From: Mobula birostris
Lineage: Eukaryota
Length of the DNA stretch: 64,000 nucleotides
NCBI RefSeq assembly: GCF_030028105.1
Contig: NC_092379.1
Span: forward strand, 24,855,821 to 24,919,820
Reading direction: 5' to 3'
Shown here: positions 12,501-27,089 of the stretch, in pieces
Numbering within the stretch: the stretch's first letter is position 1
Layout of the letters: each line of letters begins with the position of its first letter
Made by a program: the position numbers and the translations under genes
The notes under the pieces: generated by a model
What the model saw: only the letters and a program-made list of their open reading frames with translations
The model's database searches: none
What the model was told of the DNA's origin: nothing

Positions 12501-15040
12501 AAAGGCAAACTGAATAGGAATAAGGAACCTTCATTCTCAAGGGATATTGCAACTCAGATAAAGAAGAAGAGGGAGTTGTATGAAATATATAGGAAACAGG
12601 GAGTAAATCAGGTGCTTGAGGAGTATAAGAAGTGCAAGAAAATACTTAAAAAAGAAATCAGGAGGGCTAAAAGAAGACATGAGGTTGCCTTGGCAGTCAA
12701 AGGGAAGGATAATCCAAAGAGCTTTTATAGGTGTATTAAGAGCAAAGGGATTGGAAGGGATAAAATTCGTCCTCTTGAAGATCAGAGAGGTCGGCTTTGT
12801 GCGGAACCAAAGGAAATGGGGGAGATCTTAAATAGTTTTTTTTTTGCGTCTGTATTGACTAAGGAAACTGGCATGAAATCTATGGAATTGAGGGAATCAA
12901 GTAGTGAGACCATGGAAACTGTACAGATTGAAAAGGAGGAGGTGCTTGCTCTCTTGAGGAAAGTTAAAGTGGATAAATCCCCGGAACCTGACAGAGTGTT
13001 CCCTCGGACCTTGAAGGAGACAAGTGTTGAAATGGCGGGGGGCCTGGCAGAAATATTTAAAATGTCGCTGTTTACGGGTGAAGTGCCGAAGGATTGGAGA
13101 GTGGCTCATGTTGTTCCGTTGTTTAAAAAAAGGATCGAAAAGTAATCCGGGAAATTATAGGCCGGTGAGTTTAACGTCAGTAGTAGGTAAGTTATTGGAG
13201 GGAGTACTAAGAGACAGAATCTACAAGCATTTGGATAGACAGGGGCTTATTAGGGAGAGTCAACATGGCTTTGTGTGTGGTAGGTCATGTTTGATCAATC
13301 TGTTGGAGTTTTTCGAGGAGGTTACCAGGAAAGTGGATGAAGGGAAGGCAGTGGATATCGTCTACATGGACTTCAGTAAGGCCTTTGACAAGGTCCCGCA
13401 TGGGAGGTTAGTTAGGAAAATTCAGTTGCTAGGTATACATGGAGAGGTGGTAAATTGGATTAGACATTGGCTCGAAGAAAGAAGCCAGAGAGTGGTGGTA
13501 GAGAATTGCTTCTCTGAGTGGAGGCCTGTGACTGGTGGTGTGCCACAGGGATCAGTGCTGGGTCCATTGTTATTTGTCATCTATATCAATGATCTGGATG
13601 ATAATGTGGTAAATTGGATCAGCAAGTTTGCTGATGATACAAAGATTGAAGGCGTAGTAGACAGTGAGGAAGGTTTTCAGAGCCTGCAGAGGGACCTGGA
13701 CCAGCTGGAAAAATGGGCTGAAAATTGGCAGATAGAGTTTAATACTGACAAGTGTGAGGCATTGCACGTTAGAAGGACAAACCAACGTAGAAAATACAAG
13801 GTTAATGGTAAGGCACTGAGGACTGCAGTGAAACAGAGCGATCTGGGAATACAGATACAAAATTCCCTAAAAGTGTCGTCACAGGTAGATAGGGTCGTAA
13901 AGAGAGCTTTTGGTACATTGGCCTTTATTAATCAAAGTATTGAGTATAAGAGCTGCAATGTTATGATGAGGTTGTATAAGACATTGGTGAGGCCGAATCT
14001 GGAGTATTGTGTTCAGTTTTGGTCACCGAATTACAGGAAGGATATAAATAAGGTTGAAAGAGTGCAGAGAAGGTTTACAAGGATGTTGCCGGGACTTGAG
14101 AAACTCAGTTACAGAGAAAGGTTGAATAGGTTAGGACTTTATTCCCTGGAGCGTAGAAGAATGAGGGGAGATTTGATAGTGGTATATAAAATTATGATGG
14201 GTATAGATAGAATGAATGCAAGCAGGCTTTTTCCACTGAGGCAAGGGGAGAAAAAAAAAACAGAGGACATGGGCTAAGGGTGAGGGGGGAAACGTTTAAA
14301 GGGAACATTGGGGGGGGGCTTCTTCACACAGAGACTGGTGGGAGTATGGAATGAGCTGCCAGACGAGGTGGCAAATGCGTTTTTTTTAACATTTAAGTAT
14401 AAATTGGACAGATACATGGATGGGAAGTGTGTGGAGGGAAATGGTCCGTGTGCAGGTCAGTGGGACTAGGCAGAAAATGGTTCGGCACAGCCAAGAAGGG
14501 CCAAAGGGCCTCTTTCTGTGCTGTAGTTTCTATGGTTCTATGGTTCAATTGTCTCCTCTGTATCTCTGCTGCTACCAGGGGGCCTATGGAATACCCCCAG
14601 TAGAGTAGCTGCTCCCTTCCTGTTCCTGACTTCCACCCATATTGACTCAAAAGAGGATCCTGCTACATTGCCCACCTTTTCTATAGCTGTAATAGTATCC
14701 CTGACCAGTAATGCCACCCCTCCTCCCCTTTTTCCGCCCTCTCCATCCCTCTTAAAGCACTGAAATCCAGGAATATTGAGAATCCATTCCTACCCTGGTG
14801 CCAGTCAAGTCTCTGTAATGGCCAGTACATCATAATTCCATGTATGTATCCAAGCTCTCAGTTCACCACCTTTGTTCCTGATGCTTCTTGCATTGAAGTA
14901 CACACATTGCAGCCCTTCTACCTTACTGTCTTTACACCGTTTATTCTGCTTCTCTTTCCTGAAAGCCTCTCTGTATGTTAGATCTGGTTTTACTTCAAGC
15001 ACTTCTTTCACTGCTCTATCGCTCTGTGTCCCTTCACAAA
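9597..15040 (-). mobile_element. CR1 LINE ORF2 (APE endonuclease + RT), interrupted by a nested CR1
   Basis: The tail (catagaa)n is at 9597-9635. RT ORF 10171-11337 has YMDFSKAFDKVPH and GVPQGS. The endonuclease N-terminus VYFNARSIRNK...AITET is at 14805-15011. Confidence 0.95.
12100..14546 (+). mobile_element. Nested CR1 LINE with nearly intact ORF2 portion
   Basis: ORFs 12207-13145 and 13024-14277 are split by a frameshift at an A-run near 13125. It has SKFADD and a (ttctatgg) tail. CAAT is duplicated at 12096-12099 and 14546-14549. Confidence 0.95.
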
Positions 15041-16489
15041 AAATAAATTATTCGAACACAACTGCGTATAAACATGCAATTAAATCACGCAAAAGCGAAT
15101 CTGATTTTTTATAACATGCCTATAGATGGAAATGATGCAGATGGGGTGATTTTTTTTTTTTTGGTGGAAGAAAATGCAAACAAGACATAGAGAGCTTGAG
15201 GTTGCCAAAATATAACGTGTGCTGTCCGTGCTATGCAGCCCAGCAATATCCGCGGGCCGATTCTCTTGCTTAATGGATCGCTTATGGATTGGGTGTAACT
15301 CTACGTTGATTGAGTGGTGATTTCTCAGTCTCAGACATGACTACGGAATCTTCAAAGTCCCTGTTAGTTCCCACAATTACATTCTTCAGTCCATTCTGTT
15401 GCCAGCATATTGACTGAGATTCCCAGTCTATTTATTTTCCCCATATTACTTCCGAGCATAATAATACATAGCGATTTCTAGATTTCCCATATCTGCTGAA
15501 AAGGCATTTAACTTAACCGCGACCATATCTTGTCGCTTTACCCTGCCTGAAATGTCCTATCCGAGCTCCAAACAGAATCAGCAAAAGCGTTACTGGCTGA
15601 TGTTGTTGTTCTCATTCATAAAACGCACACAGATTAAATGATCCCTAGATTCCACTTGTCAACTCCAGTAGCCTTAAACCTTTACGTTAAGTTGCTATTC
15701 AGCAAAATACCGAACTTTGCCACAGACATGAATACTCCTGTTAGTTAGACTTCATTGCAAGACAGTAAGATAAAATATTTTCGGGTAAACACAAGACAGC
15801 GTTCACACCACAGTAATTACAGAAACACGGATCTGATGATGCACAGCAACATTAACTCGCTCATCACTTTTACGTACACGGGAAAGAAAAATATCATCTT
15901 GTTTGCAATGTCCAGCTGCGGATGTGTAATCCAGTAGGTTAGCCATGCAGTGCTGAACAGAGCAGCTCTTTCGTTCCAGTCTTATTACTTTGTTTACACG
16001 TGTATGTCGAACTGGTGAGCAGTCTTAACATTTTGTTCCTTTATTGGCAGTTTTCCTTTTTTTTTGCTTCTTCTGATATTGGTTATATCTGCACTGCTTC
16101 CATTTTCTTCTCCCTGAAGAGACTCTCATTCGCACGAACTGAACATATAGTTACGGCTATTAATCCTAATAATTCATATACTGTGATATTTATAACAGAA
16201 GAGGTACCTAGACTGTTTCCCGCCCTAATTGGCCCTTGACCAAAACTGACGCTCTTGCCAAACGCTTACAGATAAATTTCCTCCGCAACCACCACTGTGA
16301 TATAATTCTGCTCTTCAAGGAACGCAGAGGTCCCCTTCCTTGCCTTTAGTGTCATTCAGCACTCGGTAAAACAATCCGCTGTTAGGAAACTGCACTGCTG
16401 TAAGGCGTTAACATATACGAAGCGTTTGGCAGCTCTGTGTCTGTACTGCCTGTGATTTAGATGAATTCTTGAGATCTTATTGAAATTTA

Positions 16490-16870
16490 CCAAATGTTGG
16501 AAGGATTACATATGGAGGATATGGGGAGAATATGGCCACTGGTGGAGGTATCTAGAGCTGGAGAACACAGCCTCAAAATTGAGAGACGAACCTTTACTTC
16601 AGAAGTAAGCCAGATTTTTTTTTTTTCCCCTTCGGCAGCGAATAGCAAATTTGTAGAATGCTCTGCCACAGACTGTAATGGAGGCCAACTACGTGCGTCT
16701 GTTAAAGGCGGAGGTGATCGTTTCCTGATCGGTCAGGGCATCAAAGGATATGGCGAGACGGCAGATAGATGGGGTTGAGAACGATCCATATACAGCCATG
16801 ATGGATGGGGGATCAGATCTTGCGGGCTGAATGGCCTAATTCTGCTCCTATATCTTATGGACATATGGCC
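16490..16870 (+). mobile_element. CR1 3' fragment
   Basis: Contains the 3' ORF2/UTR motifs ggaatgctctgcc and gggctgaatggcctaattctgctcc. Confidence 0.75.
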
Positions 16871-17199
16871 TTATCCGGAAAACGTCGTTTTACTTCTCAA
16901 ATTAACCAGAGACGCGGAAGACTGTTTTCCAGCACCCACTGTCTTGAAAACGTTTCCATAAGAAGGGATGAGAAATAGGAGTGCGATCAGAATTGCCGCT
17001 CTGACACTAAAGTAGTAAATAATATATAACCGTCTGCTTTGAACATCTTTAATTAGTAATCGCAGAGTCTACTACAGTCCGCTTCAGGCCATTAGGTTGG
17101 TGTGTGAGAAGTTCTACAGCATCAAACTCTGTCATAATTTGAAGGAAAATAACATTTAAGTGTAGTTTTATGATAATGTGACTATATTACAAGCGATCA

Positions 17200-17560
17200 G
17201 GGGCGATAGGTAGGGTAGACGTGGGAAGGGTGAACACTATATTGGGGGTATCCAGAACGCGAAAGCACAACCTCAACATTGAGGGACGACTCTTAAAATA
17301 TACGGAAGAAGGAATATTATAACCGAAGAGTAGTAAATATGTGGAATGCTGTGCCACAGCCTTGCGGTGGAAATCAACCCCGTGCCTATACTTAAGACAA
17401 AATTTGATCTTATCCTGATCGGTCAGGGCACAAAATATTATGGCGAGAAGACAGGTGTATGGAGTCGAGAGGGATCCAGGATCATCCATGATGGAATGCT
17501 GAAGAAGACCTTGTGGGCAGAATAACCTAATTCTTCTCCTCTGTTTATGGTCTTCTGCAC
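17200..17560 (+). mobile_element. CR1 3' fragment
   Basis: Same 3' motifs as 16490-16870, more decayed. Confidence 0.65.
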
Positions 17561-18102
17561 CATTGAAGGTGAAGAGCAAAATTAGGTCACGTGCAAATTA
17601 ATGGTAAAAAATGCTAACGCTGTGAAAACCAAATGCACATTAAGCGCGAACATTTTGACTGCCGATGGATCGCTACAGGGAAAATTACGAGGTTGCTCTA
17701 CGAACTGTGGATACATGATCTGCAGCATTACAGCTGATTGGGAAATTTGTAAACGCGTATGCAAATCGAATAGGCTCCCAGTTTTCATCATTCAAATCTT
17801 CATTGAGGCCGGATACTCGAAATTTCATTTCATCTAACCAGCTGCTGCTATTCGTTTTGTCTAATTGTTCTTGTTCGAATGGGAGGTGTTGCAAAGCCAA
17901 CATGCGTACTTTAATAGAAAAGTGTAGAAGAATACAAGTTACAGATCTTCACCCCGTCTGAAATGTATGCATAATCATGTAACTTACTTTCACTGCTATA
18001 AGATTATTTGCGCACTGTTACCCTGAAGAGTCGCTCAGCAGTAGGTCCGTGATAACTATACTGGTGTATTAGTGCCAGGTGCTATGCGTTGCTTAGAAAC
18101 GA

Positions 18103-18143
18103 GTTTGTTTGTTTGTTTGTTTGTTTGTTTGTTTGTTTGTTTT
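18103..18143. repeat. (GTTT)n microsatellite
   Basis: Direct read. Confidence 0.95.
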
Positions 18144-20789
18144 TATCTCCCGTCTTCTCTAAACCTCCGTAATACTTGAGGTTAAAACTCGACCTGTACA
18201 CCTCCATGTTGCTGATGCGATAGCAGGTTAGTTTCCTTTGTTGAGTTGTGGGTACAGTTCATAGTGTCCGTTTCTTATTTTGTCTGTAGGATTGAGGGAA
18301 GCGGAGGAGTTACTGTATCTGGAGAATTACGACCTTAACAAGTAAAGGCGGTTAAAATCAGAACATATATCAGGCAAAAGAAAATTAATTACAATAAATA
18401 TAAACATCACCAGAAACTCTGATGCACTGAATCATCATCATTTCCGTTTCAACTGGTTTCACCGGTTGGCAGCGGATGCGTTTATATTTACTCCGATAAA
18501 TTAAATCCTTAACAGGTAATGAAGCAGTGTCCAATGAATTCTCCGCAGAGGGGCACACCCAATCAACCCACTTGCTGAGACAAGCAATGGCAGGGTGGCT
18601 ACAACGTAATTTATTTGTTATTTAACGCATTTTTGTTAAGTAGGAGAACAGCTAGAACAGCAAACATGAGCCGCCAGCGAGGCGCCTTCTCTTTTCACAA
18701 CTATACGGATTGTGGTTCATGACAAATCATGGGAAGTGAACGGAGCTCTGTCTCTCAGCTGCATGGGGAGTTATTGGCGCAGATAGCTTAGTGGTACTGG
18801 AGCGTTTGCTTTGGGAAGGAAAAAGCTAATGTTCGTTGAGCATCCATTTTTATTACAAAAAAATCCCTTATCTGTGATGATCTTCTAACGTTTGATCAGT
18901 GGTTATTTTCTGGCACCTGCAGATAGGTTGCCCAGTGCAACCAATTCAAGTTCACATCGGCGTGACACAAAAAAAAAAAAGTGACGTTTATTAGAGTTAA
19001 CCTTGGAAGGATGAAGGCAGCCAATGTTAATCGCACAACCTCGATCAGAGCAGGTTCCCGCGTTGTTTCCCCAGAAGAACAGTAACATGACAGAACAATG
19101 GACAAGGATAACGGAGACTATGTTTTGCTGCTATAAGTTTTAAATAAGTCTTGATGATGAAAAGCGAAACAGAGACTAATTAATCACTTTGAAAACTTAA
19201 ATTGCATGCTTCTTTACTTAGAATATACATTGTCTTCTTCATCCTTCTAACAAAGCAGCCTTTATGACTTTGTTCGTCAGCAATTGTAGAGATGGATTTC
19301 GCCTTACATCATGAAGACGTTAAACTCAGATTATAGGATGAACGATATTTGAAAGACACTGCATCGATCGTGGCAACGTTGCCAATTCACCAACAATGGC
19401 GGTTTTTCAGAAATCTCACGCAACAATCTCTCGTATAAAGTGCAGATTAGATTGGGAAGTTTCGATACCGTTCCTATTACACTTGCTGTCCTCTTGTATC
19501 ATTATATTCTGTTGAACGAACTTAATAATGATAGGCGTTTCAGTGCAATGAATTTGCTTCATCTTCATGCATCATCCTTCATTTATTGTAACAAATGCAG
19601 TATAAATGGATCACATAATTCATTTCAAGTGCAATTTGAAAGAGTTTTGTCACTCATCTTTCCAATGAAAACCATGTAATCGAATAAAGGTGAAATCGAT
19701 GTAATCGAATAAAATTTAAACTTTATTTGACACTTCACCATTTATGAAACTTGGAATATTCCATGGTGACATTTGTTCCAGAATCGGAACCGAGACTTAT
19801 TTTCCTCACAGGGCAGACAGTTCCGCAATTAATCGGGACATACAATGTAATAGTTGTCAGTATTCACACGATCTGGAAGGGAAAGGCAGTGCCATCTATT
19901 CTTATCCTTTACAATTAACTCTGCTTCAACCCTGTTTCAGTCTAAATAAAAAACACTGTAAAACAAATAAACAACGTGGCAAAAAAGCAGCATCACCAGA
20001 GTATCAAAAATGTACAGCGGAATATTTAGCAGTATATTTCCCCGAGCAACAGGCGAGGATAAGGATTTCTGATGACAAGGTAAAGCATCCTGTCGCTGTT
20101 CCTCTCTCTCCATCTGTTTCTCGGATACTGTCTGCCTCACCCTTTTCATTTCATCTCGGTCGCATTTTATCTCTCACGCAATATCACGCACTCTCCCATT
20201 CTTTTACCTGCATTGTCTCGCTCCCGAGTGTTCATGTTATGCTGATTTTAGTGTTTTCAGTTGTTTGAAACATAGCTTGACTGAAGCACTTGAACATTGT
20301 TATACATGAGCAGCGCTTCAAATGGAAACCATTCTGTTCCTTGACCTGATGAAGGATGTTGCGCGCCAAACTTACCGCTGAGATCCTGTTGGAACGATAC
20401 CTTATAAATTCTTCCTTTCCACAGTGTCAAAAGGAAGAGGCAGATTATGACTTTGTTTTGCAAAGGTGTTCATGGTCTGACCGCCACCGTCGAGTGTCTC
20501 TCATTTTCCCCTCCGCATCTAACACCAAGAACGTTCAACTCAGCTGGATGAAAAAATATCAAACTTGTCAAAAACAATTTATTATTGGCATGACTAGTTT
20601 TACGTGTGTGGCCGAAACACGCTCTGTTGTTGCAACTACGTTACATAATCTTCCGAACAATAAATATAATACTTTACTTTATACGTTAGACCTTATTGTC
20701 GCCAAACAAATGACACTAGGACGTGCAATCAGCACAGCGATATTTGATTCTGCTCATCGTGCTCCCTGGAGTAGAAATCGACAGTAAAT

Positions 20790-22500
20790 ATTAACATTCT
20801 AAATTATAAATCATAAATAGAAAATAGAAAAGGGGAAGTAAGGTAATGCAATAAAAAACGAGAGGAAGGTCCGGATATTTGGAGGGCACAGCCCAGAGCC
20901 GTGTCAGGATATGTTGAGCAGTCTTATCACAGTTGGAAAGAAGCTGTTCCCAAATCTGGCCGCACGGGTCTTCAAGCTCCTGAGCCTTCTCCCGGAGGGA
21001 TTAGGAACGAAAAGTGTGTTGGCTGGGTAGGTTGTGTCTTTGATTATCCTGCCAGCACTCCTCCGACAGTGTGCGGGGTAAAGTGAGTCCAAGGATGGAA
21101 GATTGGTTTGTTTGAAGTGCTGGGCTGTGCTGACGATCTTCTCCAGCTTCTTTTGGTCTCGGACAGGGTAACTTCCATACCAGGTTGTGATGCACCCCAG
21201 AAGAATGCTTTCTACTGTGCATATATAAAAATTACAACATAGAACATAGAAGAGTACAGCACAGTACAGGCCCTTCGGCCCACAATGTTGTGCCGACCCT
21301 CAACCCCTGCCTCCCATATAAGTCCCCACCTTAGATTCCTCCATATACCTGTCTAGTAGTCTGTTAAACTTCACTAGTGTATCTGCCTCTACCACTGACT
21401 CAGGCAGTGCATTCCACGCTCCAACCACTCTCTGAGTAAAAAAAACTTCCTCTAATATCCCCCTTGAACTTTCCACCCCTTACCTTAACGCCATGTCCTC
21501 TTGTATTTGGCAGTGGTGCCCTGGGGAAGAGGCGATGGCTATCCACTCTATCTAATCCTCTTATTATCTTGCACACCTCTATCATGTCTCCTCTCATCCT
21601 CCTTCTCTCCAAAGAGTAAAGCCCTAGCTCCCTTAATCTCAGATCATAATGCATAATTTCTAAACCAGACAGCATCCTGGTAAATCTCCTCTGTACCCTT
21701 CCCAATGCTTCCACATCCTTCCTGTAGTGAGGTGACCAGAACTGGACACAATACTCCAAGTGCGGCCTAACTAGAGTTTTATAGAGCTGCATCATTACAT
21801 CGCGACTCTTAAACTCTATCCCTCGACTTATGAAAGCTAACACCCCATAAGCTTTCTTAACTACCCTATCCACCTGTGAGGCAACTTTCATGAATCTGTC
21901 GACATGTACCCCGAGATCCCTCTGCTCCTCCACACTACCAACTATCCTGCCATTTACTTTGTAAGGTTAGTAGGGTTTCAGGGGGCAGGGCAAATTTCCT
22001 TATCTTTCTCAGGATGTAAGGGCGCTGGTGGGCCTTCTTGGCAGTGGACTCTGCTTAGTTGGACCAAGTGAGGTCACTTGTGATATTGACCCCGAGGAAC
22101 TTAAAGCTTTTGACCTGTTCCAGTTGCGCACAAGCGCTGTAGATGGGGTTAACAACCAATTATTTCGTCTTGCTGACATTGAGGAATAGGTTACTGTCTT
22201 GTCACCATGCCACCAGGTTCTTAATTTCCTCTCTGTACTCAAACAGATCATTACCCGAATTATGGCCTACAATTGTGGTGTCATCAGCATAGTTATACAT
22301 TGAGTTCGATGGAAACTTGGCTACACAATCATGGGTGTACAGTGAGTACAGCATGGGGCTGAGTACACAGCCTTGTTGGGCATCGGTCACAGCGCGATTG
22401 TAGAGGAGAGCTTCTCCCCTATTTTTACAACCTGGGTCCTGTCTGTGAGGAAGTTGTAATACTTTTTCGATGTGCTTATCGCTGAGAAACTCCACACGAA
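20790..22500 (-). mobile_element. Rex1/Babar-like LINE 3' half, interrupted by CR1
   Basis: PQGCVLSP(M)LYSLYTHDCVA...YADDTTIVG (22202-22603) and RTARFGNSFFPTVIRLLN (20904-21092). Confidence 0.85.
21235..21962 (-). mobile_element. CR1 3' fragment nested in the Rex1-like element
   Basis: ORF 21400-21933. It is close in sequence to the 3' end of the 9597 element and has a catagaa tail at ~21236. Confidence 0.92.
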
Positions 22501-24289
22501 CAGAGACCGTCCAAAGAATAACCCTTCCTGCTCGCTTTTGGCACAATGTGTTCCACTTGTAATTATTTGGTAACTCACCCGTAAAGACAAAGTAGTATAT
22601 CACAAGGCAGAGCGCTTATTCCTGTCAGTTGAATCATCATTGCACCTTTACATTGCTCAGGGTTGCATAACTCACTGATAATGTCGGTATTTAATCTCAA
22701 TCTAATATATGCTTTCATCTAAGAAATCCGTTTCTGGTGAAACATAGCTGCTTTTCCTCTCTGCCACATTAGGTTACACAGGTTTCAGTACGTTAGCTCT
22801 TTTTGGAACAGCCGGCTATCGTGCACACTTTAGTGATTTGATTGAATTGCTTCCACTAAAACTGTGTAATTCAATGGATGATGTAATCCCCTTTGGCTCT
22901 GCAACAATGCACATTACTTTGCTGTCTGACGACATGATGGCAATTATGGCAGTCTCTTGTTTTTTTTTTCTCGTTTTGTGTTAATATGATGCAGAACAGA
23001 AATGGCACATTCAATTTGAAGATTATTATATGTAAGGTTTACTTGTGACGCCATTGTCACAGACACTTTCTATAATACCTGCTGGGCTACTTGGCAAATA
23101 GTACTTTCAGAACCAGAGATCCATTATCTGTTACGTTTTGTAACACTGACAAGAGTGACGAGCTGAACATCCGAGATCCGTGATCTTGGACTCCACTTTA
23201 TACCCGTGCCGTGACGAACTATTGACTTACCGCAAAAACACCTTTACTTGCCCACGTCCTCTCTGTGGATTTCTGCAAAACAGCCTCCCTCTTTTCCACT
23301 GTCGGCTCTCTGAAACACTGGAACTATGTTCCACAAACAAGAAATCCAGTTTGAGTAAGTGTAAAGTTTAGTTAGGTTCCCGGGACAGGCAAGTGACAGA
23401 AACAAAAATAAAGAAAAAAGAAAAAAAAAAACTGACTGAGAATAAGCATATTAATCATTTACTTAGAAACAGTAGGAATTCGACAAAACATCTATGTTTC
23501 CAAATTTACAGGCTATTTGCTGACTATTCAACAAAATACTTTATAATAAACCTTAGCTAAAAGCGCACTACGTTTCCAATGGTTATGTGCGGCACTTGCC
23601 TTAATCTAAGAAAGAAAGAACAAGACCCTTCCAGGTGTTATTTTATTACTGGCATATTTAAAACTGGACACCAGGCGGCTTACCAATAGGAAAGTCAGCT
23701 AAGTTTCTAAAATAACCTAAAACGACGGAAACGACATTCGACAATCAGAATAAGCTACGCCCCCACAGGCCAAATCTCCCCTCGAAAGTTGCGACACTTG
23801 ATGGTCGAATCCTCAAAGTAATATGAACTTTGCGAACTCCCAAAAAAGTTGCACATGAAACATCAACGTACAGTACCCCGTACTGAAAAAAAAAAACGAA
23901 TAGTCAAATTAATATACTACAACTGTCTACCAGCTTGTTAGACCAACAGTCGACAGCCCCAGTGAAACAGCGAACGAGCCGGTCCCCAACTTAGTTTTAT
24001 ACACAGACTGTCAGTTATGAGCAATCAAGTGAGTGCTATCTACAAACACTTCAGTTAAATAGGTGCAGCATGTTTCACAAAACAAAAAAAGAAACAGTAC
24101 ATGTGCGGGTTCCTGTAAGAGTAGTTAATAAAAAAAAAACACAGGGAGATTAGTTCCTGGAGCCGTCTGGCCGCACCATAGAAGGAAATGCTATAACCGG
24201 AAACCTTCCGCCCTTTCTAATACCGTTACTAGACTGACCATCATGAACAAGATGATCACCCAGGAGACTGGGGTTATCGATGTACGGCA

Positions 24290-25780
24290 GCACATATAAA
24301 AACATAGCATAGGGGGAGGCGTAAGCCATCTGGCTCGTCTAGCCTGCTGCTCCATTTAATAGGACCATGGCACACCTGACCATGGTCTCACCTCCACCTA
24401 ACTACCTGTTCCCCATGAGCTTTAATTCCACTACTACGCAAAATCTATCTAACCCTGTCTTAAATATATTTACTTAGGTACCATACACTGTTTCATTGGA
24501 CAATTAATTGCATAGATTCATCACTCTCTGGGAAAAGCAGTTTCTCCTCATCCCCGGCCTAAATCTACTCCTCCTTGAGGATTTGTCCACTAGTTCTAGT
24601 ATCACCTCCCCTTGTAAACAACTTTACTGCCTCTATATTATCCCTTTCATAACTTTCTGTGTTTCTATAAGATTTCCGCTCATCGTTCTGAATTTCAGTG
24701 AATGCAGTGCCAGGCGACTCAATCTTTTCCTCATATTCCAGCACCCTCATCTCTGGAATCAACCTGTTGAACCCCATATGCACCGCCTCCAAAGCCAGCA
24801 TTTTGTTTATCAACTCAGGAGACCAGAACTGCACGCAGTACTCCAGATGCGGCCTCACCAGTACCCTACAGGGCTGCAGTACAACTACTCTGCTCTCAAA
24901 TTCAATCCCTCTAGCAATAAAGCCCAACATTCAATTTGTCATCATGTTAGCGTGCTGTTGCTGTAAATCTGCCGTTTGCGATTCACACAAAGCACTCCCA
25001 AGTCCCTCTGCACATCAGCATACTGCAATCTGTTACATATGGATAGCAGTTTAATCCACGAGTTTTCTTCCAAAATGTAAGATCTGCCATTTACCAACAT
25101 ATTCCAACTTCTAGACCTTTGTCCACATGTGTCCCCTATCTACATCTATCTACAGACGCGCCGCTCCTGTGCATAATTTGCTTTTCCACTCAATTTAGTG
25201 TCATCAGCAAACTTCAATTCAATCCATTCGGTCCCCTGTTTCAGATCGTTAATGTATATCGTGAACAGCTGCGGGCCCCGCATTGACTCCTGCGGCACAC
25301 CGCTGACCACTGATTGCCAACTAGCGAAACACTCATGTATCCTGAATTTCAATCTGCTTTTTTTAGTTAACGAATTGCTAGCCATGCTAATGCATTACCT
25401 CCAAATCTATGTATCCTTATCCTATGAGTGAGTCTTTTAAGTGGAACAGTGTCAAACCCTTTCTTGAAATTCAAATAAATGGCGTCCATCTGTTCCATCT
25501 ATCCACTGCGCTTGCTATATCCTCGAAGAATTCCGATAAATTAGTAAAACAGGTCCTGCCTTTGCTAAATCAATTCTGTGTCAGCATGATGGATCCATTT
25601 CTTTCCAGATGCCTCGGCATTTCTTCTTTAATAATAACTGCAAGCATGTTCCTATCTACAGATGTTAACCTACCTGTCTCATGGTTACATTCCTTTTGGA
25701 TACATATTTTGTTTTAAACAGTGGCGTGACTTCTGCCTTCTTAGAATCCGTCGGAACCTGCTCGGAGTCCAGAGCATTGT
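24290..25780 (-). mobile_element. Decayed CR1 LINE
   Basis: RPHLEYCVQFWSP (24565-24930) and GVPQESMRGP...KFADDTK (25146-25385). Confidence 0.85.
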
Positions 25781-27089
25781 TATTAGCAATCACTAAAACC
25801 TCAACTACAACCTTTGCCACCACTACATCAGTGGCAGCACCCTGAGGGAAACACGGGCAAGCCTTGGAACTGCATATCCTGCACGTTCCCACACCAACAA
25901 GACAATTCACCATAGATTCAGACGTCCTAAAATACTGTTTGTGCTGACACTAGCATCCACCTTGTAAGTCTGTATTATGTACTCAGCACACTACGGCACC
26001 AGCGCTCTGCCAGGAGGGGAAATTACGTTTCAAGCCGGCGCCTTCGGATTACACACGTGGCATGTAGGGAAGGTCATCCCTCAAAACATCCTGTCCACCG
26101 GGTCTATTGAGGTTCAGGTCCTTTAATGCATTAATCAAATTCTGGTTCGCAATTACTGGAACAGAGTACTCCCTCCTATCACACAGGGAAACGGAGTGTC
26201 AAAATCGCAGCAGCCAGATAATTTCCCCTAACTTTACTTTCTTTGTCATCAAAGGGATCGACCTTTGTAGCAGTGCTTCCAGGATGTAAAAAGTTGGCCT
26301 CATACAAATTCAGTGACGTGCTCCGTAAGTCTATTTAACACATGCAAAACCCTTACCTCGGAATGTTTCAGTGGATCTCACACCACAAGTCATCAGAAAA
26401 TCAATTCAAAAGTGCCTTTGTGATAACTGATACCGGTTTCACTATGGAGAGCGAATTAACGCCCCGGGCCGGGAAAACTTAAAAAAAAAAAAAAAAAAAA
26501 AACACACAACAACAAACTCGTTTGGGTGGATGCTGCGCGACCTATCCCCTGTTACAATCTAGCACCCCGAAATAACAAACCGTATAAAATATGCGATTAG
26601 ATGATTAAGCTTTATAACTCTTACTTCGACTATATGCTTAGGAGAGAAACAACATATAAAAGCAAAGGAGTCAATCATCTTATTAAACAGCCATGTGCAC
26701 ACAAAGTTGGAGCTGACACAGTCCAGCAGTTCTTCTTCCACATTCAATCTCCTCTTTCGGTCCCCCGCTCGGAGTCCCACCTCTTACAGGTCCGGCGTCC
26801 CACCACTCTCTCAAGTCGCGTCTTCTCTGTTCATTCCCCTCGTGCACTCGCAAAAGTCCGCGAAGGTAACGACTTTCAGACACACAGGAACGAATAGCAT
26901 TTCCAGCATTGGATAGTCACCCGTTACCTCTAGTTATAACCGAAGCATCGCACTACAGAAAAAACATACCTCATCAGTTAACATTACAGGCAGTCTAGTT
27001 GTAGAAGGATATATTATATCTATCCTATATGATTAATAGTGTTCCACAGGGATCCGTGCTGGAGACGCTATGGCTTGTAATTCATATAA

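Noticed and set aside
19937-20149. Hydrophobic ORF resembling a TM exon
   Set aside because: It lacks the charged-residue signature of TCR TM segments and has no convincing splice sites.
20365-20463. CACTGTG followed 44 nt later by a GTAAGT donor; leader-like KVIICLFLLTLWK
   Set aside because: There is no F/W/YGxG motif, no nonamer at 12 or 23 nt and no in-frame ATG or downstream V exon.
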